From the NCBI GenBank assembly GCA_963827655.1, contig CAWHCF010000013.1, positions 1 to 64,000 of the forward strand: a stretch of DNA of 64,000 nt. The letters are read 5' to 3'. The DNA comes from an uncultured Acidobacteriota bacterium (GTDB taxonomy: Bacteria > Acidobacteriota > UBA6911). Positions 51,121 to 61,289 of this stretch are shown in pieces. Both the position numbers and the translations under genes were made by a program. The notes under the pieces were generated by a model, which saw only the letters and a program-made list of their open reading frames with translations, was not told the DNA's origin and ran no database searches. Within the stretch, counting starts at the first letter, position 1. Each line of letters opens with the position of its first letter.

Positions 51121-52401
51121 ATGACGCACGACACTGCTTTTGAGATGGCCACCTCCAGCATCCGTTTCGGACCAGGGGTCACGCGCGAGATTGGCATGGA
51201 TCTCGCCGACATGAATATCAAACGGGTCATGGTCCTTACCGATCCCAATCTGAGCCGGCTGGCTCCGGTGGCGACTGTTCTTGAATCCCTCTCTGACAGC
51301 AAGATCGAGTTTGTGCTTTTTGACCGCGTGCGCGTGGAGCCGACCGATGCCTCGTTCCGCGAGGCCATCGCCGTAGCGGCCCAGGGGAGGTTCGATGGCT
51401 TTGTCGCGGTGGGGGGCGGCTCGACGATTGACACGGCCAAAGCCGCCAACCTGTACTCGACCTATCCGCCTTCGGATTTTCTGGACTATGTCAATCTGCC
51501 GGTCGGAAAAGGGCTGCCGGTCCCCGGCCCGTTGAAACCGCTCGTGGCCGTGCCCACGACCGCAGGCACCGGAAGCGAGACCACCGGGATCGCGATTTTC
51601 GACTACACGGCGCTCCACGCAAAGACCGGCATCGCGCATCGGCGCCTGAAACCGACGCTTGGCATTCTCGATCCGGACAACACGCGAACCCTCCCGCCGC
51701 AGGTTGCTGTGGCCAGCGGCTTCGACGTCCTGAGCCACGCGATTGAATCATTCACCGCAATGCCTTTCGATCGCCGTCCGCGACCCGAGCGTCCGACCCT
51801 GCGGCCGGCGTACCAGGGATCCAATCCGGTCAGTGACATCTGGTCGCTCGAGGCGCTGCGGATGGTCGCAAAGTATCTGGTCCGCGCCGTGGAGGATTCT
51901 TCCGACGAAGAGGCGCGCGCGCGCATGCTTCTGGCAGCTGCCTGCGCCGGGATCGGCTTCGGGAATGCGGGAGTTCACTTGCCGCATGGAATGTCCTATC
52001 CAGTTTCCGGCATGGTCCGAAAGTTTCGCCCGGAGGGCTATCCGGTTGAACATCCCTTGGTACCTCATGGGATGTCGGTCATCTTGAATGCGCCGGCTGT
52101 GTTTCGGTTTACGGCGGAGGCATGCCCCGATCGGCATCTGATCGCGGCGGAAATCCTGGGCGCCGACGTGTCGCGCGCCCATCCGGCGGATGCGGGCAAG
52201 ATCCTCGCCGATCGAATTACGGGCTTGATGCGGCGGCTTCAGGTGCCGAACGGGCTGCGCGAGCTCGGTTACGACCGCGCCGACATCCCTGCCCTGGTCG
52301 CGGGCACGGTTCCTCAGCACCGCGTGACAAAGCTGTCACCGCGCCCCGCCGGCGAACCGGAGCTGGCGCGTTTGTTCGAGGAGGCGCTGGTGGCGTGGTA
52401 A
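51121..52401 (+). CDS. Hydroxyacid-oxoacid transhydrogenase (iron-containing ADH family)
   Basis: AFEMATSSIRFGPG, GGGSTIDTAK, PTTAGTGSE, D..SHAIES, AYQGSNP, GVHLPHGMSYPVSG, PHG. Confidence 0.9.
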   Translation: MTHDTAFEMATSSIRFGPGVTREIGMDLADMNIKRVMVLTDPNLSRLAPVATVLESLSDSKIEFVLFDRVRVEPTDASFREAIAVAAQGRFDGFVAVGGGSTIDTAKAANLYSTYPPSDFLDYVNLPVGKGLPVPGPLKPLVAVPTTAGTGSETTGIAIFDYTALHAKTGIAHRRLKPTLGILDPDNTRTLPPQVAVASGFDVLSHAIESFTAMPFDRRPRPERPTLRPAYQGSNPVSDIWSLEALRMVAKYLVRAVEDSSDEEARARMLLAAACAGIGFGNAGVHLPHGMSYPVSGMVRKFRPEGYPVEHPLVPHGMSVILNAPAVFRFTAEACPDRHLIAAEILGADVSRAHPADAGKILADRITGLMRRLQVPNGLRELGYDRADIPALVAGTVPQHRVTKLSPRPAGEPELARLFEEALVAW

Positions 52402-52435
52402 CTCTCCCGTCATGCAGAGAAGAAGTTGTAGTGGA

Positions 52436-53311
52436 TTACGGCAGCCCCAGAAGCTTTGCCGGATTGACCTTGGCCATGCGGTCGACTTCGGCCTCGGTGA
52501 ATCCCTGCGCGCGCAGCGCCCGGAAGAACGCCTCCAGGCCGTCCGGATGCAGCGGGTTTCCGGCCTGGCCCAGGTCGCTCGAGATAATGCAGTGCTCGGG
52601 CCCGACGGCCCGGATAGCCGCGGCGTACGCTCCGATGTCGTACACCTTGTTCGGCCCGATCAGCGCGTTGTAGACGAATTCGAGAAATGCGCCGAGTGCC
52701 GCGGCCCGCTTCATGTCATCCACTGTCATCTTTACCGGAGGAAGCATCGCGTGTGTGACGACGATCCGGTCTACGCCGGCCGCCCGGGCTTCTCGAATCA
52801 GCATCAGGGCTTCGTCGGGGGCCGAGTGCCCCGTCGCAAGCGTCAGTTTGTGCTTGCCGATGATCGAGAGCACTTCCTTGACTTCCGCAAGTAGCGCGCC
52901 GCCTCGCGACACCGGGACATAGGGACGGTCCTCCTTGGCGTCGCGCACCTGGTTCTCGGCATCAAAGGTCGGCATCCAGACCACGCGCCCCCAGCCACCT
53001 TTGACGCGCGTCATCCGTTCGACGGCGGCCGCGTTGATCCCGCCGACGGTGCGGTTCAGCGCAATGCCGCCGAAAAGCTCGATCCCGGGAACCTCCTTGC
53101 GCGCCAGGTAGGCCAGCGACGCCGTCGGCTCGTAGTGATTCTTGAGCACCAGCGCTCGCATGCGGCGGCTCTTCGCAAGCTTGGCCGCGTCGATGGCGTC
53201 AATCGAGCGCGGAACGCTGTCGGGATCGGAGTGGACGTGGATGTCGACGACTCCCTGCAAGCCCTGCGCCCAGAGCGCCGCCGGCAAGAAAAGGAAAGCG
53301 AGAAACCTCAT
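52436..53311 (-). CDS. DUF6282 family metallo-hydrolase-like secreted protein
   Basis: DIHVHSDPD, LKNHY, GGINAAAV, VWMPT, LATGH, VTH, SSDLGQ. Confidence 0.8.
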   Translation of the reverse strand: MRFLAFLFLPAALWAQGLQGVVDIHVHSDPDSVPRSIDAIDAAKLAKSRRMRALVLKNHYEPTASLAYLARKEVPGIELFGGIALNRTVGGINAAAVERMTRVKGGWGRVVWMPTFDAENQVRDAKEDRPYVPVSRGGALLAEVKEVLSIIGKHKLTLATGHSAPDEALMLIREARAAGVDRIVVTHAMLPPVKMTVDDMKRAAALGAFLEFVYNALIGPNKVYDIGAYAAAIRAVGPEHCIISSDLGQAGNPLHPDGLEAFFRALRAQGFTEAEVDRMAKVNPAKLLGLP

Positions 53312-53479
53312 CGGTCAGTGTTCTCCTTTGGGCTTTCTGGCGTCCGACCCTGGGAATCTCAGGTCGTGCCGGGTGCTATTAGGAATATTAAAGGAAGCGC
53401 ATTCGCGCCGTGGGTCCTGCCGGTGACATAGAAGCTGGCTTCCGGCTCATCTTTGCAAGCTCTTCATGGCAGATGTCTT

Positions 53480-56400
53480 TTTTACTTGGTTCCGTCTTCG
53501 GACTTCCTCGTCCGTAGCTGCCGCGCCAGAGTTTCACCGTACTGTCGACACTTCCTGCGGCCAATCCTTTGCCATCCGGCGAAAATGCCACTGACGAGAC
53601 CATACCAACTCTAAGTCCGTTGAGAGTGACCATTTCCTGCCCTGTGATCAAATCCCAAAGCTTCACGGTCCGATCATAACTTCCGGAAACCAACCTCTTG
53701 CCGTCCGGCGAAAATGCCACTGAAGAGACCGGCTGCGTATGCCCCTTGAGAGTAAGCATTTCCTGTTCCGCGACCACGTCCCAAAGCTTAACGGTCCGGT
53801 CATAACTTCCCGAAGCCAACCTCTTCCCGTCCGGCGAAAATGCCACTGAACGAGACCGGCTCCGTATGCCCCTTGAGAGTAAGTGCTTCCTGCCCCGTGA
53901 CCACGTCCCACAGCTTCACAGTTCGGTCACAACTTCCCGAAGCCAATCTCTTCCCGTCCGGCGAAAATGCTACTGAAGAGACCGCACGCCGCATGCCCCT
54001 TGGAGAGTGAGCACTTCCTGCCCCGTGGCCACATCCCACAGCTTCACGATTGCGTCACGACTTCCCGAAGCCAACCTCTTGCCGTCTGGCGAAAATGCCA
54101 GTGACCGAACCTGACATGCCCCTTGAGAGTGAGCACTTCCTGCCCCGTGGCCACATCCCACAGCTTCACGGTTCCGTCATAACTTCCCGAAGCCAACCTC
54201 TTGCCGTCTGGCGAAAATGCCACTGACGAGACCTCCTGCCGCATGTCCCTTGAGAGTTGAGCAGTTCCTGCCCGGTGGCCACATCCCACAGCTTCACGGT
54301 TCGGTCATGACTTCCCGAAGCTAACCTCTTGCCGTCTGGCGAGAATGCCACAGAAGAGACCAGATCCGCATGCCCCTTGAAAGTAAGCAGTTCCTGCCCC
54401 GTGGCCACATCCCACAGCTTCACGGTTCGGTCATAACTTCCCGAAGCCAACCTCTTGCCGTCTGGCGAGAATGCCACTGAAGAGACCAGATCCGCATGCC
54501 CCTTGAGAGTGAGCACTTCCTGCCCCGTGGCCACGTCCCACAGCTTCACGGTTCGGTCATAACTTCCCGAAGCTAACCTCTTGCCATCGGGCGAAAATGC
54601 CACTGAAGAGACCAGACTCCGCGTGCCCCTTGAGAGTGAGCAGTTCCTGTCCCGTGGCCACGTCCCACAGCTTCACCGTTCGGTCATAACTTCCCGAAGC
54701 CAATCTCTTGCCATCTGGCGAAAATGCTAATGACAGGACCAGTTCCCACGTCTAGAGAGTGCCTTCCGTGCCCACTCCCACAACTTCTCGGCTAGGCTTC
54801 CCGAAGCCAACCTCGCGCCATCCAGCGAAAATGACGGGACTAACTCCGGATTTCCCCTGAGAGTGAGCAGTTCCTGTCCCGTTGCCACATCCCACAGCTT
54901 CAAGGTTAGGTCAGGACTTCCCGAAGCTAACCTCTTGCCGTCGGGCGAAAATGCTACTGACGCGAAGCCTCGCCGCGATGCCCCTTGAGAGTAAGCACTT
55001 CCTGCTCCCGTGGCCACATCCCACAGCTTCACGGTTCGATCATCACTTCCCGAAGCCAACCTCTTGCCGTCCGGCGAAAATGCTACTGACAGAGACCTCC
55101 CCTGCATGCCCCTTGAGAGTCAGTACGTTCCTGCCCCGTGACCACATCCCACAGCTTCACGGTTCGGTCACGACTTCCCGAAGCTAACCTCTTGCCGTCT
55201 GGCGAAAATGCTACTGAAGAGATCAGATCCGCATGTCCCCTCGAAAGTGAGCACGTTCCTGCCCAGTGGCCACATCCCACAGCTTCACGGTTCGGTCATA
55301 ACTTCCCGAAGCCAACCTCTTGCCGTCTGGCGAAAATGCCACTGAAGAGATCTGCCCTCGCATGCGGCAATGTGAATAGGTCGCCATGACAGAGTCGCCA
55401 GAAGTAATACCATTCAAAGCCGCGCAAATCCTCCTGGCCAGGCTTGGGCAAATGAGCCGTCAAGCAGCTCCCGCATACGCGCCAATGCTCGCTGTTTCCC
55501 AGGCTTGCTGAGCCAGGTTCATGTGTGCTGCATAAAGGAGCCGACGATTGGCCTGCTCCTGCTGAACCGCGCGATTGCGTTGCACGATCGAAACCACCGC
55601 GAAGACTGGCGATCACGAGAACAATGAGGGCCGCAACTCCCGCCGCGCGTAATAAACCGCGCCGATAGGCCGCGCGCTGGCGTCGCAGTTCGGCGTCGGG
55701 CATGTTCTCGGTGATCCACGCGCGGTCGAATACACGCTGCGTAAATCCGATTCCGCACCCTCAGGCTGACCATCCTCAACCCGCGTGATGCCCGACAGCC
55801 GAAGGATGCTGACCAGCGGGTTGGTCTCGTCGTCGCGGCACGCGCTTCTTTCGATGCACCTGCGCGTAGAGACTCAGCAACCCGGCCAGATCGACTTCGC
55901 TCCGCAGCATCCGCTCGCGCACGAACAGCAGGTTGTCGTCCCGCTCCCGCGCCCGGCGCGAAAAGAACAGCTCCTCGCATATCCGATCCACACCCTCGGG
56001 TCGCGTTCACGCTCGCGTCTTCGGCCACCGCCTGGCAAAGCCGCTGCGTCAGGTACGGATGCCCGCCGGTCCAATAAAGAATCCGCTTCGAGCAGCGCTC
56101 GCCGCGAGCTTCTCCTCGCGCCTTAGCCCCTGCGCCAGGGGTGCGGCTTCTGCCTCGGTGAAGTCGTGCAGCTCAATGCGCTGCCCAATGTTGAACGGCG
56201 TCGTACGCGTGTCCCGGATCAGATCCGAAGGCGTCGCCACGCCCGAGCAGGCAAAAGGTCAGTCGCTCCAGCTCCGGTTCTTCGCGTGCGGCGGTTGTAG
56301 AACTCCCGAATCCCGGCAAAGAACTCATCGGTCGAAAAGGGAAGGCTGCGGACCGAATCGATCTCGTCGATGAAGATCACCACGCGACCGACACAGCGGC

Positions 56401-56805
56401 GCAATATCACCTTCCGGATTGCCTGCAGTCCACCGCTGCAGCGGGCCGAGTCGGGTCTCGTCTTGCCAGAAATCCTCGAGCTCGTCTTCCAGATCGAGCT
56501 GCTGCCCGATCTGGCGTGAGCAGGCCGCCATACCACTGCTCGGCGCTGAGGTTCTGTCCGATCGCGGTCAGATCGAGCACGGCCACGCCGATTCCTTCTT
56601 CGCGCAGCCGCGCCGCCGTGCGCACCATGAGGGAGGATTTACCCATCTGCCGGGCGGTCAGGACGTAACAGAACTTGCCCTTGTTTGAGTCCTTCGTATA
56701 GCTCGGTGTCGGCCTGCCGCTCGACGTAGCAAGGCGGCATCGCGCCGCAGAGTCCCGCCGGTGACGTAGAAACCGCTGTTGAAGCTCGAGCCTGCTCGCG
56801 CTCAT
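53480..56805 (-). CDS. AAA_35 (STAND-like) NTPase - TM helix - WD40 repeat protein; heavily frameshifted
   Basis: Pieces read across frames: [24 protein letters not shown] (Walker A), IFIDEID (Walker B), RTPFNIG, GGHPYL, hydrophobic [28 protein letters not shown], then about 15 WD40 repeats. The 3' end is approximate. Confidence 0.8.
53525..55355 (-). repeat. About 15 highly similar ~126 bp tandem WD40-coding repeats
   Basis: Unit [29 protein letters not shown].LTLKGH; anchor gaaaatgc/gagaatgc recurs roughly every 126 bp from 53581 to about 55332. Confidence 0.92.
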
Positions 56806-59028
56806 AGCAAATGTTTCTCCAGATACGTTGGCGTAAAGCTGACAGCGAGGCTTCACAGATTGCGCCGACTCACCTGACATCAAGCCCTGCACTGCGCAGA
56901 CGGTAAAAGCTCTCCGGACTAGGGCACGGCTGACCTCGCAGCACCCCCCGCACCACCTCACACAGAGCAGCGTCCTGCGCTGAGAGAGACGAGCATTCGG
57001 CGCAAATGATCGCCGAAAGGTCCTTCATCGTGATCGGCCTGAGCTTCGAAGGCGGGAAGGTCCGAAGCCATGAGTCGCCATCTCGTGCAGACCACGGCGG
57101 ACAAGGTAGGGATGACCGCCCACCAGCCGGTAATAACGCGCCAGCTCCGCCTTGTTTCTGAGCGGGGAACCATAGCGCTGGTTAAGTTCTTCTACTTGTT
57201 GGAAGGTGAAATCTTCGAGCCATAGTCGGGTTCCAACGTTGAACGGCGATTGGTTCAGGTCGGTGATAAACAGGTGCGCCTCGGTCGCATAGGCTATGGC
57301 GAGCGTGAGACGCTGCCACGGACCGGCAGGATCGAGCGCCCGCCTGTTGTGCCAGGAACGAAAGAGTCCGAAGACCTCGCTGCCAAAACTCGCAGGTGAA
57401 AAGCCGAGTCGACTTCATCCAGCCCCCAGACGATGGGCGACCCGACGTTGGCAAATACCTGGCGCCGCAAGTATCGCTCGAAGTTGATGCTGGAGCTGAG
57501 ATGGGGATTCCATGCCTCATGGGGAAACACATCGAGTCGAGCTGGTCCGCAAGCAATTCTGCCAGCGTCAGAAGTAATTTGTCGATCGATTGCAGATAAG
57601 CCGCGCTGAGGTTCTGAAAATCGGTGAGCACTACCCGCGCCCCTGCCTGTCGCGCCTTCTGCAAACCTCGAGCCAGCAGCGATGTCTTGCCCACCTGGCG
57701 CGCCCCTTTGACCAAAACAATGCTGTCCTGGCGCGCAATGGCAGAGTGGAATTCGATATCTGTGCGTCGAACAATGTAAAAATCAGAATCCAGCGCGACG
57801 GCTCCACCCACAGGCTCAAGCTTCCCGCCGGAAGGTGTCGGATGAGTGGGCCCAGTCGGGCTCCGATGGGCTGAGCGGCTGGGGCGGTGGTTGGTCCTCT
57901 TTGGCGTGCTCTACAGTCTGTGGCGCGTCCCGCTTCAGCCTGGCCTCAAGCTCCAGCTCGAGCCTCAGGCTTTTCAGATCGATCAGCAAGTCCATCGAGA
58001 CCTGGTAGCGCTCTTCACGGTCTTTCGCCAGGGCCTTGCTCACAATTCTTTCGAGCTCCTGGAGGAATCTCCCGAGTGTAGCGCGCCAGCGGCGGGGGCT
58101 GCTGATTCAAGATCGCGGCCATCACCTCGGCGGACGTAACCCCTTCAAACGGCTCACGTCTCGCCGCCATTTCATAGAGCACCACCCCGAGGCTAAAAAT
58201 GTCAGTCCTGCCGTCAACCGGCCGTCCCATTATCTGCTCCGGGGACATATACCGAGCCGTTCCCATCACCTTGCCCGGGTCGGTGTCCAGCTGTCCGATT
58301 GTTGAGACTTTGCGATCCTTGACGGAGGGTCGCTCGATCAACTTGGCCAGTCCAAAGTCCAAAACTTTGACGTACCCATCGCGCCTCACCATGATGTTCT
58401 CGGGCTTGATGTCGCGATGCACGATTCCAACCTCGTGGGCTCCCGACAGAGCGCTCGCGACTTGAACCGCCACGTCGAGAAGTTCCCGCACCTTGATCGG
58501 TGAGCCCGCGAGACGCTCCCGCAGCGTCTGCCCGTCGATGAATTCGGTGGCAATGAAATACGCTCCCTCGACCTCTCCGATCTCGAATATGGTAAGGATG
58601 TTGGGATGATTCAGCGCCGATGCGGCTCGAGCTTCCCGCTCGAAGCGTCGCACCCGTTCGCGATCCTGAGTGAACTCCCTGGGCAGAAACTTGAGCGCAA
58701 TTTTACGTCCTAGACGGGTGTCCTCCGCGAGATAGACCTCCCCCATCCCTCCGGCGCCAAGCAAGGAAAGTACCTGGTAGTGGCCAATCTGTCGCCCAAG
58801 CAAAGACGCGGTTTTGTCCGCGGCGATTGCTTCGGCTTCAACGTGCAAAGCGGGCGCGGTCAGGAAGCTGCCCGCTTGGTTGTGGGCCGCAAGTAGAGCC
58901 TCCACTTCCCTTCGTAATTCCTCATCGCTGCCGCAGGCTCTCTCGACGAACGAGGGGCGCTGGCTCTCTTCGCATTCGAGCGCGGAATAGTAGAGTTCGT
59001 TGATACGCTGCCACCGTTCAGGCTTCAT
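56802..59028 (-). CDS. Hanks-type Ser/Thr kinase fused to an AAA_35 (STAND-like) NTPase; frameshifted
   Basis: [32 protein letters not shown]; then [40 protein letters not shown]; appears to end YLEKHLL-TGA overlapping the next ATG. Confidence 0.82.
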
Positions 59029-59294
59029 CTTATGCCCGAGGCTGACTTCGAAAAGGCTGAGAGGGCGCCGACCTGCACTGCCGCGCCCTCCTGGTCACAC
59101 TTCTGATAGTGCTTGCAGGTCTCAATTAGTAAGGCGTGGACCCTATCTCAAAGCTGCCAAGGAATCGAAAGATTGTTCGGTTACCCGTCTCCGCTGATCA
59201 GTCAAATGATATCGGCTCAGGTAAAGAGCAAACGCAATAGCAAGAGTTACCGCAAAGACGCCAAAACGCGAAGAGAACTATGGAGTCGATGATG

Positions 59295-59876
59295 TTAGCT
59301 GTTCTTCGTAACTTGTCCCAGCTCGCGATACAGCCAGGCTCGCGCAAGGTTCCACTCTCGCATGACCGTTCGGGGGGATACCTTCAGTACTTCAGCGGCT
59401 TCCTCCACACTCAGTCCACCAAAGAACTTCAACTCAACAATCTGGGCTTTGCGTGAGTCCAGCTTGGCCAGACTCTTCAATGCATCATCCAGTGCAATCA
59501 AGTCCCGTCCCCGGTCATGTGATAGAGTCGCAGCTTCCTCGAGCGAAACCTGCACCGCTTTCCCCCCTCGCTTGGTGTAGCGACGCGACCGGGCAAAATC
59601 GACCAGGATTCGCCGCATTAGCTGGGCTGCTACTCCGAAGAAATGCGCGCGGCTTTGCCAGTGCACATTTTTCCAGTCAACCAGGCGTAGGTAGGCTTCA
59701 TTGACCAGAGCAGTGGTCTGCAGAGCATGGCCGACCCGCTCTCGCTGCATGTACCTTCTGGCCAGCCGATGCAACTCCCCGTGGACCAGCGGGAGTATTT
59801 GGTCAAGAGCCGTCTGATCACCGTCGCTCCAAGCCAGGAGCAGCTGTGTGACTTCTTTGTTAGAGGATGTCGCCAT
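59295..59876 (-). CDS. ECF sigma factor, kinase-associated (TIGR02999/ECF43-like) type
   Basis: VTQLLLAWSDGD..ALD, LQTTALVNEAYLRL, SRAHFF..AA..MRRILVD.AR, KRGG, VEL.FFGGL..EE.A, REW..ARAWL. Confidence 0.92.
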   Translation of the reverse strand: MATSSNKEVTQLLLAWSDGDQTALDQILPLVHGELHRLARRYMQRERVGHALQTTALVNEAYLRLVDWKNVHWQSRAHFFGVAAQLMRRILVDFARSRRYTKRGGKAVQVSLEEAATLSHDRGRDLIALDDALKSLAKLDSRKAQIVELKFFGGLSVEEAAEVLKVSPRTVMREWNLARAWLYRELGQVTKNS

Positions 59877-60313
59877 TCCGCTTCCGAGGTTTAAACATCG
59901 CCGCTGAGGACCAGCTGCTCGAGTCTAGCATCGATCCTAACAGTCAGGCCAATATGCTCTAAAATCACCCCGCGATGAGGCTTGGAGTCTAATACGGTTT
60001 GGGCTCCCTGGATTGGACCAAGCTTGTTTAGGGCTCTGCTTACGAGGTGGCGGCTTCCTTAATATTTACGGCGCGCACCTGCAACGCGCCCTCCCGGTTG
60101 AGATTCGATGCTGTTTGCTTTAGTCTAAAAATATCGATGTTATCAGGCAATCGAAAAGGGAAGCGGCGGGTTCTTGGAGTGCGGTAGCTTGTTAAGCTTG
60201 TTACCGCCCTGGTTGGCGAAGCTTGCTTCGCCTTGTGCAAGCAACGAACTTGCGAATTGCATGCCTCTGGTTTTCGGGCGCCGTGTCACCTGGAGAGGAG
60301 GCGAGGAGCCGAA

Positions 60314-61189
60314 ATGACAGCAGCGACGAAAGCAGCGCCGGCGCGTCGGGACACTATCGATCAAGTGATCGAAGCGCTGAACGATGTCGTGGACAGCGCA
60401 CGGCGCGAAGGGAGTCGCCTGGGGTATTTTGCCGCGCTGTACCGCAACGTAACCATCGAGGTAAAGCGAGGCATCGCTCAGGGACGATTCGACGACGGCG
60501 GACGCATGGAGCGCTTCGACGTGATATTTGCGGGTCGCTACCTGGCGGCGCTTGAGTCTTACCGCCGGGGCGAGCGAACCAGTCAATGCTGGGTGACCTG
60601 CTTTCAAAGCTGCCCTCAGTGGCGGCCGATCGTCCTTCAGCACCTGCTGCTCGGAATGAACGCCCACATCAATTTTGACCTCGCGGTCGCCGCTGCAACG
60701 ACGGCGCCCGGTCAGGAACTCGCGGCTCTCAGGCGCGATTTCGATGAGATCAACAATATCCTTTCGGCCATGATCGGAGGCGTCCAATACCGTCTCTCCC
60801 TGATCTGGCCCTGGATGTGGCTGTTGGACCGCATCGGCGGCAGAACACAAAACGCCATCCTCAACTTCTCCATCGAGCACGCGCGGCGGGCGGCCTGGGC
60901 GGCCGCCGAACGCCTGGCTTTCATCGATCCGGGGCGGCGCGATGCCGAGCTCGAAGAGCTGGACCGAAGCGCAGCGCGGATTGCTCATCTGGTCCGGAAT
61001 CCTCCTCTGACCATTCGCCTCGCCAACCTCTGGGTCCGAATGGGCGAACTGCGCGACATCCGAAAGATCATTGACTGTCTCTGTCTAGGGCTTCACCGTC
61101 TCCGTGTCCTGGCGGCTGGCTTTTTTCTGCACGCGCCAAGGAGCTCCAGGGGGGGGCTGCGCTTGACTTTGCCAAACCGCGTGTGCTAG
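60314..61189 (+). CDS. DUF5995 family protein
   Basis: LGYFAALY..VT, F.D..RMER.DV.FA.RY, QHLLLGMNAHINFDL; GAGGAG RBS before 60314; the last ~35 codons may be read-through from an indel. Confidence 0.8.
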   Translation: MTAATKAAPARRDTIDQVIEALNDVVDSARREGSRLGYFAALYRNVTIEVKRGIAQGRFDDGGRMERFDVIFAGRYLAALESYRRGERTSQCWVTCFQSCPQWRPIVLQHLLLGMNAHINFDLAVAAATTAPGQELAALRRDFDEINNILSAMIGGVQYRLSLIWPWMWLLDRIGGRTQNAILNFSIEHARRAAWAAAERLAFIDPGRRDAELEELDRSAARIAHLVRNPPLTIRLANLWVRMGELRDIRKIIDCLCLGLHRLRVLAAGFFLHAPRSSRGGLRLTLPNRVC

Positions 61190-61289
61190 ACGGGTAGTCA
61201 TCACGGGAAATCAAATCACCTCGCTGAACTCCTTGGTCCTTTGTCGGCGCCCGCCTGATCGCCGGCGCCGAACGTGAAAGGAACGTGAT

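Noticed and set aside
53525-55355. CRISPR array or diversity-generating retroelement target
   Set aside because: The units are ~126 bp coding WD40 repeats without unique spacers. Variable codons are mostly NNT, but there is no reverse transcriptase or template repeat in the window
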